Below are positions 8,973 through 17,379 of a stretch of DNA of 64,000 nt, one piece after another. The translations under genes and the position numbers were made by a program. The stretch's first letter is position 1. Each line of letters begins with the position of its first letter. Below the pieces are notes generated by a model, which had not been told where the DNA came from, searched no databases, and was given only the letters and a program-made list of their open reading frames with translations. Origin of the DNA: Dongiaceae bacterium (GTDB lineage Bacteria > Verrucomicrobiota > Verrucomicrobiia > Limisphaerales > JAFMIX01); assembly GCA_035492855.1 (NCBI GenBank), contig DATJIU010000105.1, positions 20,188-84,187 of the forward strand. Reading direction: 5' to 3'.

Positions 8973-9636
8973 GCGCGGGTTTGTCTCCGGTCAGCCATTG
9001 TTTGAGTTTCCGTCGGGCCATGTACACCCGCCACGAAACCGTGGTTTCCGAGCATCCCAGCAGGTGCGCGGCTTCGGCGTGGTTGTGCCCTTCGTAAACG
9101 GTGAGCACGATGGCCGCCCGTTGGGCCGGCGGCAGTCTTAGCAGGGCTTCCTGCACTCGCTGGCAAGTTTCCGCTTCGCCGGAGTTCGCCGCCGGACCGG
9201 CTGGAACATCGTTTAGCGTGTCCACATAGCGGGCTTGCAACTGATTCCGTCGCGCCTCGTCGCGCCGCCAGTTCAGGCACACATTCAGGGCAATCCGGTA
9301 AAACCATGTCGAAAACTGCGCCGCGCCCCGGAAGCTGCGGATTTGCTCGTAAGCCCGCAGGCACGCCTCCTGGGCTAGGTCCTCGGCATCCGCCAGTGAC
9401 CCGGTCATCCGGTAGGTCAGCGCGTGAATCATACGTTGATGGTTGCGTACCAGTTGTTCAAATGCGGCCGCATCCCCTTTTTGGCTTTGTCGCACCAGTT
9501 CAGCATCGGCGGCCACTTCACAACCTTTGTTTCTTACCCCGTCCGACACCCAATCGCGGGAAATCCTTTGATTTATTTTTTCAAAAGTCCGGTCCGGGGC
9601 ATCGCCGGCGCCCGCGCTAAGGGTCATGGCGCTCAT
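8965..9636 (-). CDS. ECF-type RNA polymerase sigma-70 family factor (about 223 aa)
   Basis: Region 2 (DAEDLAQEACLRAYE...FSTWFYRIALN) and region 4 HTH (HAEAAHLLGCSETTVSWRVYMARRKL). Start placed at ATG 9636 (MSAMTLS); the ORF extension to 9939 looks non-coding. Confidence 0.85.
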   Translation of the reverse strand: MSAMTLSAGAGDAPDRTFEKINQRISRDWVSDGVRNKGCEVAADAELVRQSQKGDAAAFEQLVRNHQRMIHALTYRMTGSLADAEDLAQEACLRAYEQIRSFRGAAQFSTWFYRIALNVCLNWRRDEARRNQLQARYVDTLNDVPAGPAANSGEAETCQRVQEALLRLPPAQRAAIVLTVYEGHNHAEAAHLLGCSETTVSWRVYMARRKLKQWLTGDKPAHE

Positions 9637-9868
9637 AAAATCAGGCCATTGGGGGCAAAGGGGTGGTCGAATTGACATGAGGAGGTGAGCGCCCTCGCGA
9701 ACCGGGGCTGGCTGACCCTGCCAGGAACCCGGATGCCGCCGCTGAAGAAAATCCTGTTGCGGGAAAACAACATAGGGCGATGTGACACCCTTCCACGCTT
9801 GGGCGCATCCCGCAACTGCAATGTTATGGTGCAACGCCCCCCAAACCGCTAACCTGCCCCCATAAACC

Positions 9869-10756
9869 GTGACCAGCCAGTCCACCATCAAAGACCTGCT
9901 CCGTTCGCTCGATTTGCGGATTTTAACCGTGCAACGCACTGTTGCCGGCCGCTGGTGGAATTATGAACGCGTGGTCAGCCCGTTCGCCCGGCTCTGGCTC
10001 GGGCGTGAAGGCAGTGCCGCTGTCCGGCACCATGGCCAGGTTTTCAAGTTGAAGCGCGGCATGATCCACCTCGTGCCCGCCTTCACCCCGCATGATTGCG
10101 TCTGCCCGCGGCAGTTCGACCATTTTCACCTCCATTTCATCTCCCGCGTCCCGGCCGGCATTGACCTGTTTTCCCTGCTGGATTGCGACTGGCAGGTGCC
10201 GCATCCCCCCGGGTTTCCCAAGCTGCTCGAACGGCTGGAGAAAATTTATCCCGACCGCAAACTGCCCTGCTTCGACCCTGCCCAGGAAACCTACCGCCGC
10301 CTGCCGGCCACCCTGGATCAGCGAGAAGAACCGACTACCCCCGCCGAATGGCTCGAAGCGCAGGCGTTGCTGCGGCTCTTGCTCACTCCGTTCCTGGCCT
10401 CCGCCCGGTGGCACGAGGGCATGCACGCCCAGGTGGCCCAACGCTTCATCGCCGTGCAGGAACACATCCACCGGCACATGGACCGCCCCATCATGCTGGC
10501 CGACCTCGCCCGGGTGGCCGGACTCCATCCCACCTACTTTTCCGACCAGTTCCAGCGCATTGTCGGTGTGCGACCGCTCGAGTACCTGATGCGCCGTCGC
10601 ATGGAACGGGCGCAATACCTCCTGCTCGCCTCTCGCGCATCCATCAAGGAAATCGCCATGGAAATCGGCCTGCGCGACCCCGCCTACTTCACCCGTGTCT
10701 TTCTCAAATACTGTCAGACCTCCCCTTCCGCCTACCGCTCCGCCCACAACATCTGA
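9869..10756 (+). CDS. AraC-family transcriptional regulator (295 aa, GTG start)
   Basis: C-terminal double HTH ([31 protein letters not shown]...[32 protein letters not shown]); cupin-like N-terminus; immediately upstream of fucI. Confidence 0.85.
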   Translation: MTSQSTIKDLLRSLDLRILTVQRTVAGRWWNYERVVSPFARLWLGREGSAAVRHHGQVFKLKRGMIHLVPAFTPHDCVCPRQFDHFHLHFISRVPAGIDLFSLLDCDWQVPHPPGFPKLLERLEKIYPDRKLPCFDPAQETYRRLPATLDQREEPTTPAEWLEAQALLRLLLTPFLASARWHEGMHAQVAQRFIAVQEHIHRHMDRPIMLADLARVAGLHPTYFSDQFQRIVGVRPLEYLMRRRMERAQYLLLASRASIKEIAMEIGLRDPAYFTRVFLKYCQTSPSAYRSAHNI

Positions 10757-10770
10757 TCCACCCCAGCCTC

Positions 10771-10806
10771 CTCATAATCTTAATCTTGCTCATAATCGTA
10801 ATCGCT
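10771..10806 (+). promoter_or_regulatory. Tandem 18-bp AT-rich direct repeat upstream of fucI (candidate operator)
   Basis: CTCATAATCTTAATCTTG / CTCATAATCGTAATCGCT, 14 of 18 positions identical; lies between the araC-like stop and fucI start; related words recur inverted at 47407-47442. Confidence 0.35.
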
Positions 10807-10958
10807 CGCGTTTCGCCTCCTCCTCCTCCTCAGCCACAGCTAACTGTGATAAATCCAAGCTTTCTTGCCATTCTCCATTTCGCGAATGTCCGGCTGTTTG
10901 CTATTGTTTTGTCGCAGCCCAGACGGAACCACCGCCCGGCGCCCAATTTATTTGTCCT

Positions 10959-12761
10959 ATGAAGTCCAATCCGCCGGTAAACCGGCTAATCGGTGACCTG
11001 CCCAAAGTGGGCCTCCGCCCCGCCATTGACGGCCGCCTGCAGGGCGTTCGCGAGTCATTGGAAACCACCACCATGAACCAGGCGAAAAATGTCGCCCGCC
11101 TGATTTCCAGCACCTTGCGCCACTCCAACGGCCTCCCGGTGGAATGCGTCATTGCCGATACCTGCATTGGCGGGGTGGCCGAGGCGGCGGCGGCGGCCGA
11201 GAAATTCCGGCGCGAAGGCGTGGGCGTTTCTCTCACCGTCACCCCCTGCTGGTGTTACGGGTCCGAGACCATGGACATGGACCCCGTCACGCCCAAGGCC
11301 ATCTGGGGCTTTAACGGCACTGAACGCCCCGGGGCCGTGTATCTCGCCGCCGTCAACGCCGGCCACACTCAAAAAGGCCTGCCGGCTTTCACCATTTACG
11401 GCCGCGACGTGCAGGACATTGGCGACGGCAAAATCCCCGCCGACGTGCGCGAGAAAATCCTCGGCTTCGTCAAGGCCGGGCTGGCCGTGGCCACCATGCG
11501 CGGCAAATCCTATCTCTCCATCGGCGGTGTCTCCATGGGCATCGCCGGGTCCATCGTCAATCAGGACCTGTTTGAGGAATATTTCGGCATGCGCGTGGAA
11601 TGTGTCGACATGACCGAACTCGTTCGCCGCATCGAGGAAAAGATTTTCGACGAGGCGGAGTTTCAGCGCGCCCTGGCCTGGGTGAAGCAAAACTGCCCCG
11701 AGGGCCGCGACTATAACGGACGGCCTCGCAGCCGCCAGCGCAAGAACCACGAATGGGAACTGGTGGTGAAATGCGCCATGATTGTGCGCGACCTGATGAT
11801 CGGCAATCCGCGCCTGCGCCGGCTTGGTTTTGGCGAAGAAGCCCACGGACACAACGCCATTCTGGCCGGCTTCCAGGGCCAGCGGCATTGGACTGACCAT
11901 TACCCCAACGGTGATTTTCTCGAAGCCATCCTGAATTCCTCCTTCGACTGGAACGGCATCCGCGAACCGCTGCTCGTTGCCACCGAAAATGATTCGCTCA
12001 ATGGCGTGGGCATGCTGCTCGGTCATCTGCTTACCGACACCGCCCAGATTTTTGCCGACGTGCGGACTTATTGGAGTCCTGACGCGGTCCGCCGCGTCAC
12101 CGGGCAGACGCTCACCAGCGCCGCCGCCGGCGGCCTGCTGCATCTTATCAATTCCGGCGCCGCCGCACTGGATGGCTGCGGCAAGCAGACCCGCAACGGC
12201 CAGCCCGCCATGAAACCGTTCTGGGAAATCACCCCCGCCGAGGCGCAGGCATGTTTGCAAGCCACCACCTGGCCGCCGGCCATTTATGAATACTTCCGCG
12301 GCGGCGGCTTTTCCTCCTGTTACGGCACCCGGGCCGACATGCCGGCCACCATGTTCCGGCTCAATATGGTCAAGGGCCTTGGTCCGGCATTGCAAATCGC
12401 CGAAGGCCAATTCGTGGATTTGCCCCGCGAAATCTATTCCGTCCTCGAGGAACGCACCAATCCCACGTGGCCGTCGCACTGGTTTGCGCCGCGGCTTGCC
12501 GGCGCCGGCGTGTTCCGCGATGTTTATTCGGTGATGAACGCCTGGGGCGCCAACCACGGCGTCATCAGTTGCGGGCACATCGGGGCGGACCTCATCACGT
12601 TGGCGGCCATGCTGCGCATCCCGGTGTACATGCACAATGTGGCCGACGAGAAAGTGTTCCGGCCCGGCGCCTGGACGCCCTTCGGCACCGCCGATCTGGA
12701 GGGCGCCGATTTCCGCGCCTGCGCCAACTTCGGTCCGCTGTACGGCCGCAACCGGCGGTGA
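10959..12761 (+). CDS. fucI: L-fucose isomerase (600 aa)
   Basis: Start placed at ATG 10959 ([26 protein letters not shown]...), giving a length typical of FucI; strong resemblance throughout; followed by fucU and fucP. Confidence 0.92.
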   Translation: MKSNPPVNRLIGDLPKVGLRPAIDGRLQGVRESLETTTMNQAKNVARLISSTLRHSNGLPVECVIADTCIGGVAEAAAAAEKFRREGVGVSLTVTPCWCYGSETMDMDPVTPKAIWGFNGTERPGAVYLAAVNAGHTQKGLPAFTIYGRDVQDIGDGKIPADVREKILGFVKAGLAVATMRGKSYLSIGGVSMGIAGSIVNQDLFEEYFGMRVECVDMTELVRRIEEKIFDEAEFQRALAWVKQNCPEGRDYNGRPRSRQRKNHEWELVVKCAMIVRDLMIGNPRLRRLGFGEEAHGHNAILAGFQGQRHWTDHYPNGDFLEAILNSSFDWNGIREPLLVATENDSLNGVGMLLGHLLTDTAQIFADVRTYWSPDAVRRVTGQTLTSAAAGGLLHLINSGAAALDGCGKQTRNGQPAMKPFWEITPAEAQACLQATTWPPAIYEYFRGGGFSSCYGTRADMPATMFRLNMVKGLGPALQIAEGQFVDLPREIYSVLEERTNPTWPSHWFAPRLAGAGVFRDVYSVMNAWGANHGVISCGHIGADLITLAAMLRIPVYMHNVADEKVFRPGAWTPFGTADLEGADFRACANFGPLYGRNRR

Positions 12762-12769
12762 TTTGAATT

Positions 12770-13213
12770 ATGCTCAAAGGTATCGCTCCCTGCCTCAGCC
12801 CGGAACTGCTCCAGGTGCTCGCCGCCATGGGGCACGGCGATGAACTCGTGCTCGCCGACGCGCATTTTCCCGGCCACACGCTCAATTCGCGCGTGCTGCG
12901 GGCCGACGGTCTGCGCATTCCCACACTGCTGGACGGCATCCTGCCGTTGTGGGAACTGGACACCTACGACCCTCCGCTGGTGATGATGGCCCCCAGCGTC
13001 GGCGACGCCCTGGACCCTGCCGTGGAAGCCGGTTATCTAGCGGTCATCCGCCGCCACGCCCCGCAGGCGCCCGTGCCGCAACGGATCGAACGCTTCGCCT
13101 TCTACGAGCGTGCCCGCGACGCCTTTGCCGTGGTGCTGACCGGTGAAACCGCCAAGTACGGCAATCTTATTCTGAAAAAAGGAGTTATTGGACAACCGAC
13201 GCCCCAAACCTGA
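12770..13213 (+). CDS. fucU: L-fucose mutarotase (RbsD/FucU family), 147 aa
   Basis: [34 protein letters not shown]...ADGL...FAFYERA...[11 protein letters not shown] closely parallels E. coli FucU. Confidence 0.9.
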   Translation: MLKGIAPCLSPELLQVLAAMGHGDELVLADAHFPGHTLNSRVLRADGLRIPTLLDGILPLWELDTYDPPLVMMAPSVGDALDPAVEAGYLAVIRRHAPQAPVPQRIERFAFYERARDAFAVVLTGETAKYGNLILKKGVIGQPTPQT

Positions 13214-13271
13214 TTGCCGGCCAAATCCCACACCGTTCGTCACCCAACCCACCACCAACCGTCAAAACAAT

Positions 13272-14618
13272 ATGAGCGCTCCCAGCAAAGGCATGTTTGT
13301 CACCCCCGACGGCAAGAATGTGATCGTCACCTTCCTCCTGGTCAGTTCGTTGTTCCTGCTTTGGGGGTTTTGCAACGGGATGATTGACGTGATGGACAAA
13401 CATTTTCAGCAGGAGTTGCATTTGACCCTGGCGCAATCTGCCTGGGTACAGTTTGCTCACTACCTGGGCTACTTTTTGATGGCCCTGCCGGCCGGCTGGC
13501 TGGCCACCAAATTGGGGTACCGGGGCGGCATCATTACCGGCCTTTTGATGGTGGCGGTAGGGGGATTCTGGTTTATTCCAGCGACGAAGATTGCGGCTTT
13601 TTGGGCATTTCTGTTAGGGGTATGCTTGGTGGCGGCGGGGCTGACGTTTCTGGAAACCATTGCCAATCCCTATACCACGGTACTGGGGGATCCGCAGTAT
13701 GGCGCTACCCGCATCAACCTGGCCCAATCCTGCAACGGCGTAGGCTGGATTTTTGGGCCCATCGCAGGCGGGATGTTTTTTTATTCCAAGGATGCCGCCG
13801 GCAACAGTACCGGCAGCCAGACGCTGTGGATTCCTTACGCCGCCGTGGCGGTGGTAGTGGTCATTCTCGCGGTAATCTTCTTCTTCGCCAACGTGCCCGA
13901 CATTAAGACGCGGGATGATTATCATCTGGATGATACCGCTGCCGCCGGCTCCCATTCCATCTGGAGCCATCCACATTTCGTGATGGCGGTGGTGGCGCAA
14001 TTTTTTTATGTGGCCGCGCAGGCGGGCATCTTCAGCTTTTTCATCAACTACATGACCTCGCAGGTGCCCGCCATCCCGGCGGGTTGGGGTTCCGGGCTGC
14101 TGAAAAGCTGGTTTGAACCGGGCGCCGCCGGGGCGTTGCACATCAGCGACCAGGGCGCGGCCACCCTGGCTTCGGTTGGATTCATTTGTTTCCTGTTGGG
14201 CCGGGTTTCCGGTGCGCTGCTGCTCAAACAGTATGCCGCGCACAAGGTGCTGGGCTGGTACGGGCTGTTGAACGTGATGGTGTGCCTGCTGGTGTTTTGC
14301 AAACTGGGCTGGCTCTCGGTGGCTTGCGTGTTTCTGAGCTATTTCTTCATGTCCATCATGTTCCCCACCATTTTTGCCCTGGGAATTTTTGGCCTGGGAG
14401 CGCGGGCCAAGAAGGCCTCGGGTTTCATTGTCATGGCCATCATGGGCGGGGCCATTCTGCCCAAACTCATGGGTGCGGTCGCGGACCATTCGGACATTTC
14501 GCGCGGTTTCATTGTGCCGCTGTTTTGTTTTGCGATTGTTGCATGTTACGGGTTTTACTGGACGAAACTGAGCAAAGCCGAAGGCCTGCGCGGTTTGCCA
14601 ACCTCCGGCGGCCATTGA
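13272..14618 (+). CDS. fucP: L-fucose:H+ symporter permease (MFS), 448 aa
   Basis: ATG 13272; 12-TM MFS, FucP-like blocks (LLWGFCNGMIDVMDKHFQ, GLTFLETIANPYTTVLG, RINLAQSCNGVG, MSIMFPTIFALG). Confidence 0.9.
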   Translation: MSAPSKGMFVTPDGKNVIVTFLLVSSLFLLWGFCNGMIDVMDKHFQQELHLTLAQSAWVQFAHYLGYFLMALPAGWLATKLGYRGGIITGLLMVAVGGFWFIPATKIAAFWAFLLGVCLVAAGLTFLETIANPYTTVLGDPQYGATRINLAQSCNGVGWIFGPIAGGMFFYSKDAAGNSTGSQTLWIPYAAVAVVVVILAVIFFFANVPDIKTRDDYHLDDTAAAGSHSIWSHPHFVMAVVAQFFYVAAQAGIFSFFINYMTSQVPAIPAGWGSGLLKSWFEPGAAGALHISDQGAATLASVGFICFLLGRVSGALLLKQYAAHKVLGWYGLLNVMVCLLVFCKLGWLSVACVFLSYFFMSIMFPTIFALGIFGLGARAKKASGFIVMAIMGGAILPKLMGAVADHSDISRGFIVPLFCFAIVACYGFYWTKLSKAEGLRGLPTSGGH

Positions 14619-14759
14619 TTCGGCGGGGAATTGTTTATGCCCCGAATAATCGGGCCGGTTGGCGCGTCTCAAACTGACGCTTTTGGGAATGGCGCCGGGA
14701 ACTGCCCGCCGCCGTTGGGCACTGATGCAGTGACCATTTTTTGAAAACAATCTGGTAAT

Positions 14760-17336
14760 ATGAAATTGAAATACCCGCTCGTCTGCGGCCTGCTGCTGGC
14801 CTGCGCCGTATGGCCTTCTGCCCGGGCCGACACGGTGGAATTATCCACGCTGGACCTCAAGCAAATGACCTCCGGTTGGAGCAATGCCAAAAAGGACGAG
14901 GCCATCGCGGGCGGCCCGTTGAGCATTCACGGGGTCAAGTTCGCCTCCGGCATCGGCACTCACGCCATCAGCCGTATGCGGGTGGATGTGGGCGGGCAGG
15001 CCAAACAGTTCACCGCGCAGGTGGGCGTGAATGACAGCGCCGGCACCCAGGGCAGCATGGAGTTTCAGGTCTGGGGCGATGGCCGCGAGCTGTGGCACAG
15101 CGGCGTGCTCAAGGGTGGGGATGCTGCCCAGCCTGTGACGGAGGATTTAACCGGAGTCAAAATCATGGAACTGCGTGTGACCGACGGCGGCGATGGTGAG
15201 GGCAACGACCACGCCGACTGGGCCGAGGCCCGGGTGGAGATGAATCCTGGCGCGCCGGCGCCCGTGGCTCTGCCGCCTTACGAAATCATCAGCCTCAAAA
15301 CTAAAACGTTCGTCGTGAATTTCCAGGTGGGCGATGATGGTCGGTTGTATCAACGTCCGCTCGGTGGTGTGGCTGACGGCAAGCTCAAACGCGACGAGGA
15401 ATTTTATCCGCAGGCCGGCGACGGCTACGTGTGGGAGCCCGCCCTGCAAGTGGTCCATGCTGATGGCAATACCAGCACCGCGCTCATGTTTGCTGGCGTC
15501 ACCCGCACCAACGAAGCACCCGGCCGCGAGGTGACGCGCATTGCGTTGCGCGACCCGGCTTATCCCTTCACCGCCACGCTCTGCTTCCGCGCATATTACG
15601 ACCGCGACCTCATTGAGCAGTGGGTGGAAATTCGGCATCAGGAATCCGGTTCCGTGACACTGCAACGCATGGCTTCCACGTCGTTGCTGTTTGCTCCCAT
15701 CCATCTCTACCTCACCCATTTTTTTGGTGACTGGGCCGATGAAATGCAGCCCTTCACCGAACTCATCACTCCGGGCACCAAGGTGCTCGATTCCAAACTC
15801 GGCGTCCGCGCCGACCAGTTTCGCAATCCGTCGTTTCTGCTGTCGCTCGGCGCCCCCGCCACTGAAACGCAGGGGCAAGTGCTGGCCGGTTCGCTGGAAT
15901 GGTCCGGCAGTTTTCAGTGCGCGTTTGATGCCAATGCCACCGGCGTGCATGCGCTCGTGGGCGTGAATCCCTTTGCCTCCGCCTATCATCTGGAGCCGAA
16001 TCAGACCTTCACGCCGCCCAAGATGATCTGGGTGTGGAGCGCCAATGGCCTGGGCGAACTGAGCCGCAAATTCCACGCCTGGGCGCGCGACTTCGGCTTG
16101 CGCGACGGCCATCAAACCCGCGCCGTGTTGCTGAACAACTGGGAGGCCACCGGGTTTGATTTCGACTTCAACCGCATCGTCGGCCTGTACGATCCCGCCA
16201 AAAAAATCGGCACCGAGCTGTTCCTGCTGGATGATGGCTGGTTCGGCAACAAGTATCCGCGCGTGAACGACCAGGCCGGGCTTGGCGACTGGCAGCCCAA
16301 CCGGTCCCGCCTGCCGGACGGCCTGGCGCCGCTCGCCACCGAGGCCGAAAAACGCGGTCTGCGTTTCGGCATCTGGATCGAGCCGGAAATGGTGAATCCC
16401 AAGAGCGAGCTTTTTGAAAAACACCCGGACTGGGTAATCCGCCAGCCTAAACGCGAATTGGAACTTCAGCGCAACCAGATGGTGCTCGACCTGACGCGGC
16501 CCGAAGTGCAGCAGTTCGAGTGGCAGACTATTCATGACATCCTGAGCGTGCCCGGCATCAGCTATGCAAAATGGGATTGCAACCGGTATCTCACCCAGCC
16601 GGGTTCATCCTATCTGGCCCCGGACCGGCAGTCGCATCTGTGGATTGACTATGTGAACGCGCTGTATGCCCTGATGGACAAAACCGCCACGGCATTTCCG
16701 CACACCGAACTCATGCTGTGCTCCGGCGGTGGCGGCCGGGTGGATTATGGCGCGCTGAAATACTTCCACGAATTTTGGCCCAGCGATAACACTGATCCGG
16801 TGCGCCGCGTGAAGATGCAATGGAATTATTCGTATTTCTTCCCGCCGCTCGCCATCGCCAGTCATGTGACTCATTGGGGCCACCGGCCGATGCACTTTGC
16901 GTGCAGTGTGGCCATGAGCGCACGGTTCGGCATGGACCTGGATCTCACCAAGCTGTCGGCGGAGGACCAGTCCGTGTGCGCCGGGGCCATCAGCGCATAT
17001 AAAAGCATTCGCGACGTGACGCAACTCGGCGATTTGTACCGGCTGGAAAATCCGTACGAGGGATTCCGGGGGGCTTTGAATTTTGTGGCGCCGGATCGCA
17101 CCCGGGCGGTGGTCTTTGTGTTCCAGTTGCAGGATGGCGCGAATCTGGTGGTGCGCCCGCAGGGATTAAATCCGGAGGCCCATTATCAAATTCACGAACT
17201 GAATCCGGCGCCGGGTCGGGCGGTCCTGGCGGCAGAAGGAGCCACCCACACCGGCGCGGAACTCATGCGCGATGGCTTCCTGCCTTCCTGCACGAAAGCG
17301 TTGGAGGCCAGCGTCGTTGAGTTGCGCCCGCAGTAA
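14760..17336 (+). CDS. Secreted alpha-galactosidase, GH36, with N-terminal NPCBM-type carbohydrate-binding domain (858 aa)
   Basis: Signal peptide; NPCBM-like region (GIGTHA...FTAQVGVND...MEFQVWGDG...NDHADWAEA); GH36 blocks LLDDGWF, YAKWDCNR, CSGGGGRVD. Confidence 0.88.
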   Translation: MKLKYPLVCGLLLACAVWPSARADTVELSTLDLKQMTSGWSNAKKDEAIAGGPLSIHGVKFASGIGTHAISRMRVDVGGQAKQFTAQVGVNDSAGTQGSMEFQVWGDGRELWHSGVLKGGDAAQPVTEDLTGVKIMELRVTDGGDGEGNDHADWAEARVEMNPGAPAPVALPPYEIISLKTKTFVVNFQVGDDGRLYQRPLGGVADGKLKRDEEFYPQAGDGYVWEPALQVVHADGNTSTALMFAGVTRTNEAPGREVTRIALRDPAYPFTATLCFRAYYDRDLIEQWVEIRHQESGSVTLQRMASTSLLFAPIHLYLTHFFGDWADEMQPFTELITPGTKVLDSKLGVRADQFRNPSFLLSLGAPATETQGQVLAGSLEWSGSFQCAFDANATGVHALVGVNPFASAYHLEPNQTFTPPKMIWVWSANGLGELSRKFHAWARDFGLRDGHQTRAVLLNNWEATGFDFDFNRIVGLYDPAKKIGTELFLLDDGWFGNKYPRVNDQAGLGDWQPNRSRLPDGLAPLATEAEKRGLRFGIWIEPEMVNPKSELFEKHPDWVIRQPKRELELQRNQMVLDLTRPEVQQFEWQTIHDILSVPGISYAKWDCNRYLTQPGSSYLAPDRQSHLWIDYVNALYALMDKTATAFPHTELMLCSGGGGRVDYGALKYFHEFWPSDNTDPVRRVKMQWNYSYFFPPLAIASHVTHWGHRPMHFACSVAMSARFGMDLDLTKLSAEDQSVCAGAISAYKSIRDVTQLGDLYRLENPYEGFRGALNFVAPDRTRAVVFVFQLQDGANLVVRPQGLNPEAHYQIHELNPAPGRAVLAAEGATHTGAELMRDGFLPSCTKALEASVVELRPQ

Positions 17337-17379
17337 TTGCATTCCGGATCAAGGTCTGTTTTGCTAAACATTCTTAAAT

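Noticed and set aside
9637-9939. 101-codon extension of the sigma-factor ORF; also a search for an ECF-type promoter in this spacer
   Set aside because: The extension has no sigma region 1-like sequence, and ATG 9636 gives a normal ECF size. A GGAACC word is present at about 9726, but I could not pair it convincingly with a -10 element in either orientation, so no promoter is called.
10816-10830. (CCT)5 trinucleotide run upstream of fucI
   Set aside because: It is too short to call a microsatellite or phase-variation tract with any confidence. It is noted only as part of the fucI upstream region.
10695-10958. 88-codon N-terminal extension of the fucI ORF in the track
   Set aside because: The extension overlaps the araC-like gene end and spans the AT-rich repeat and the (CCT)5 run. 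Its translation is Pro/Ser/Thr-rich with no helix or strand logic. ATG 10959 gives a normal-length FucI.
11055-12635. 526-aa ORF antisense to fucI (similar cases at 15147-16535, 17875-19425, 19861-20958 and 22006-22860)
   Set aside because: Each lies opposite a confidently recognised enzyme gene and has Gly/Arg/His-rich low-information translations. I treat them as high-GC antisense artefacts.
14619-14759. Possible terminator after fucP (ATTCGGCGGGG…CCCCGAAT)
   Set aside because: The stem needs a bulge and is not followed by a T-tract. The downstream GH36 gene is plausibly co-transcribed.
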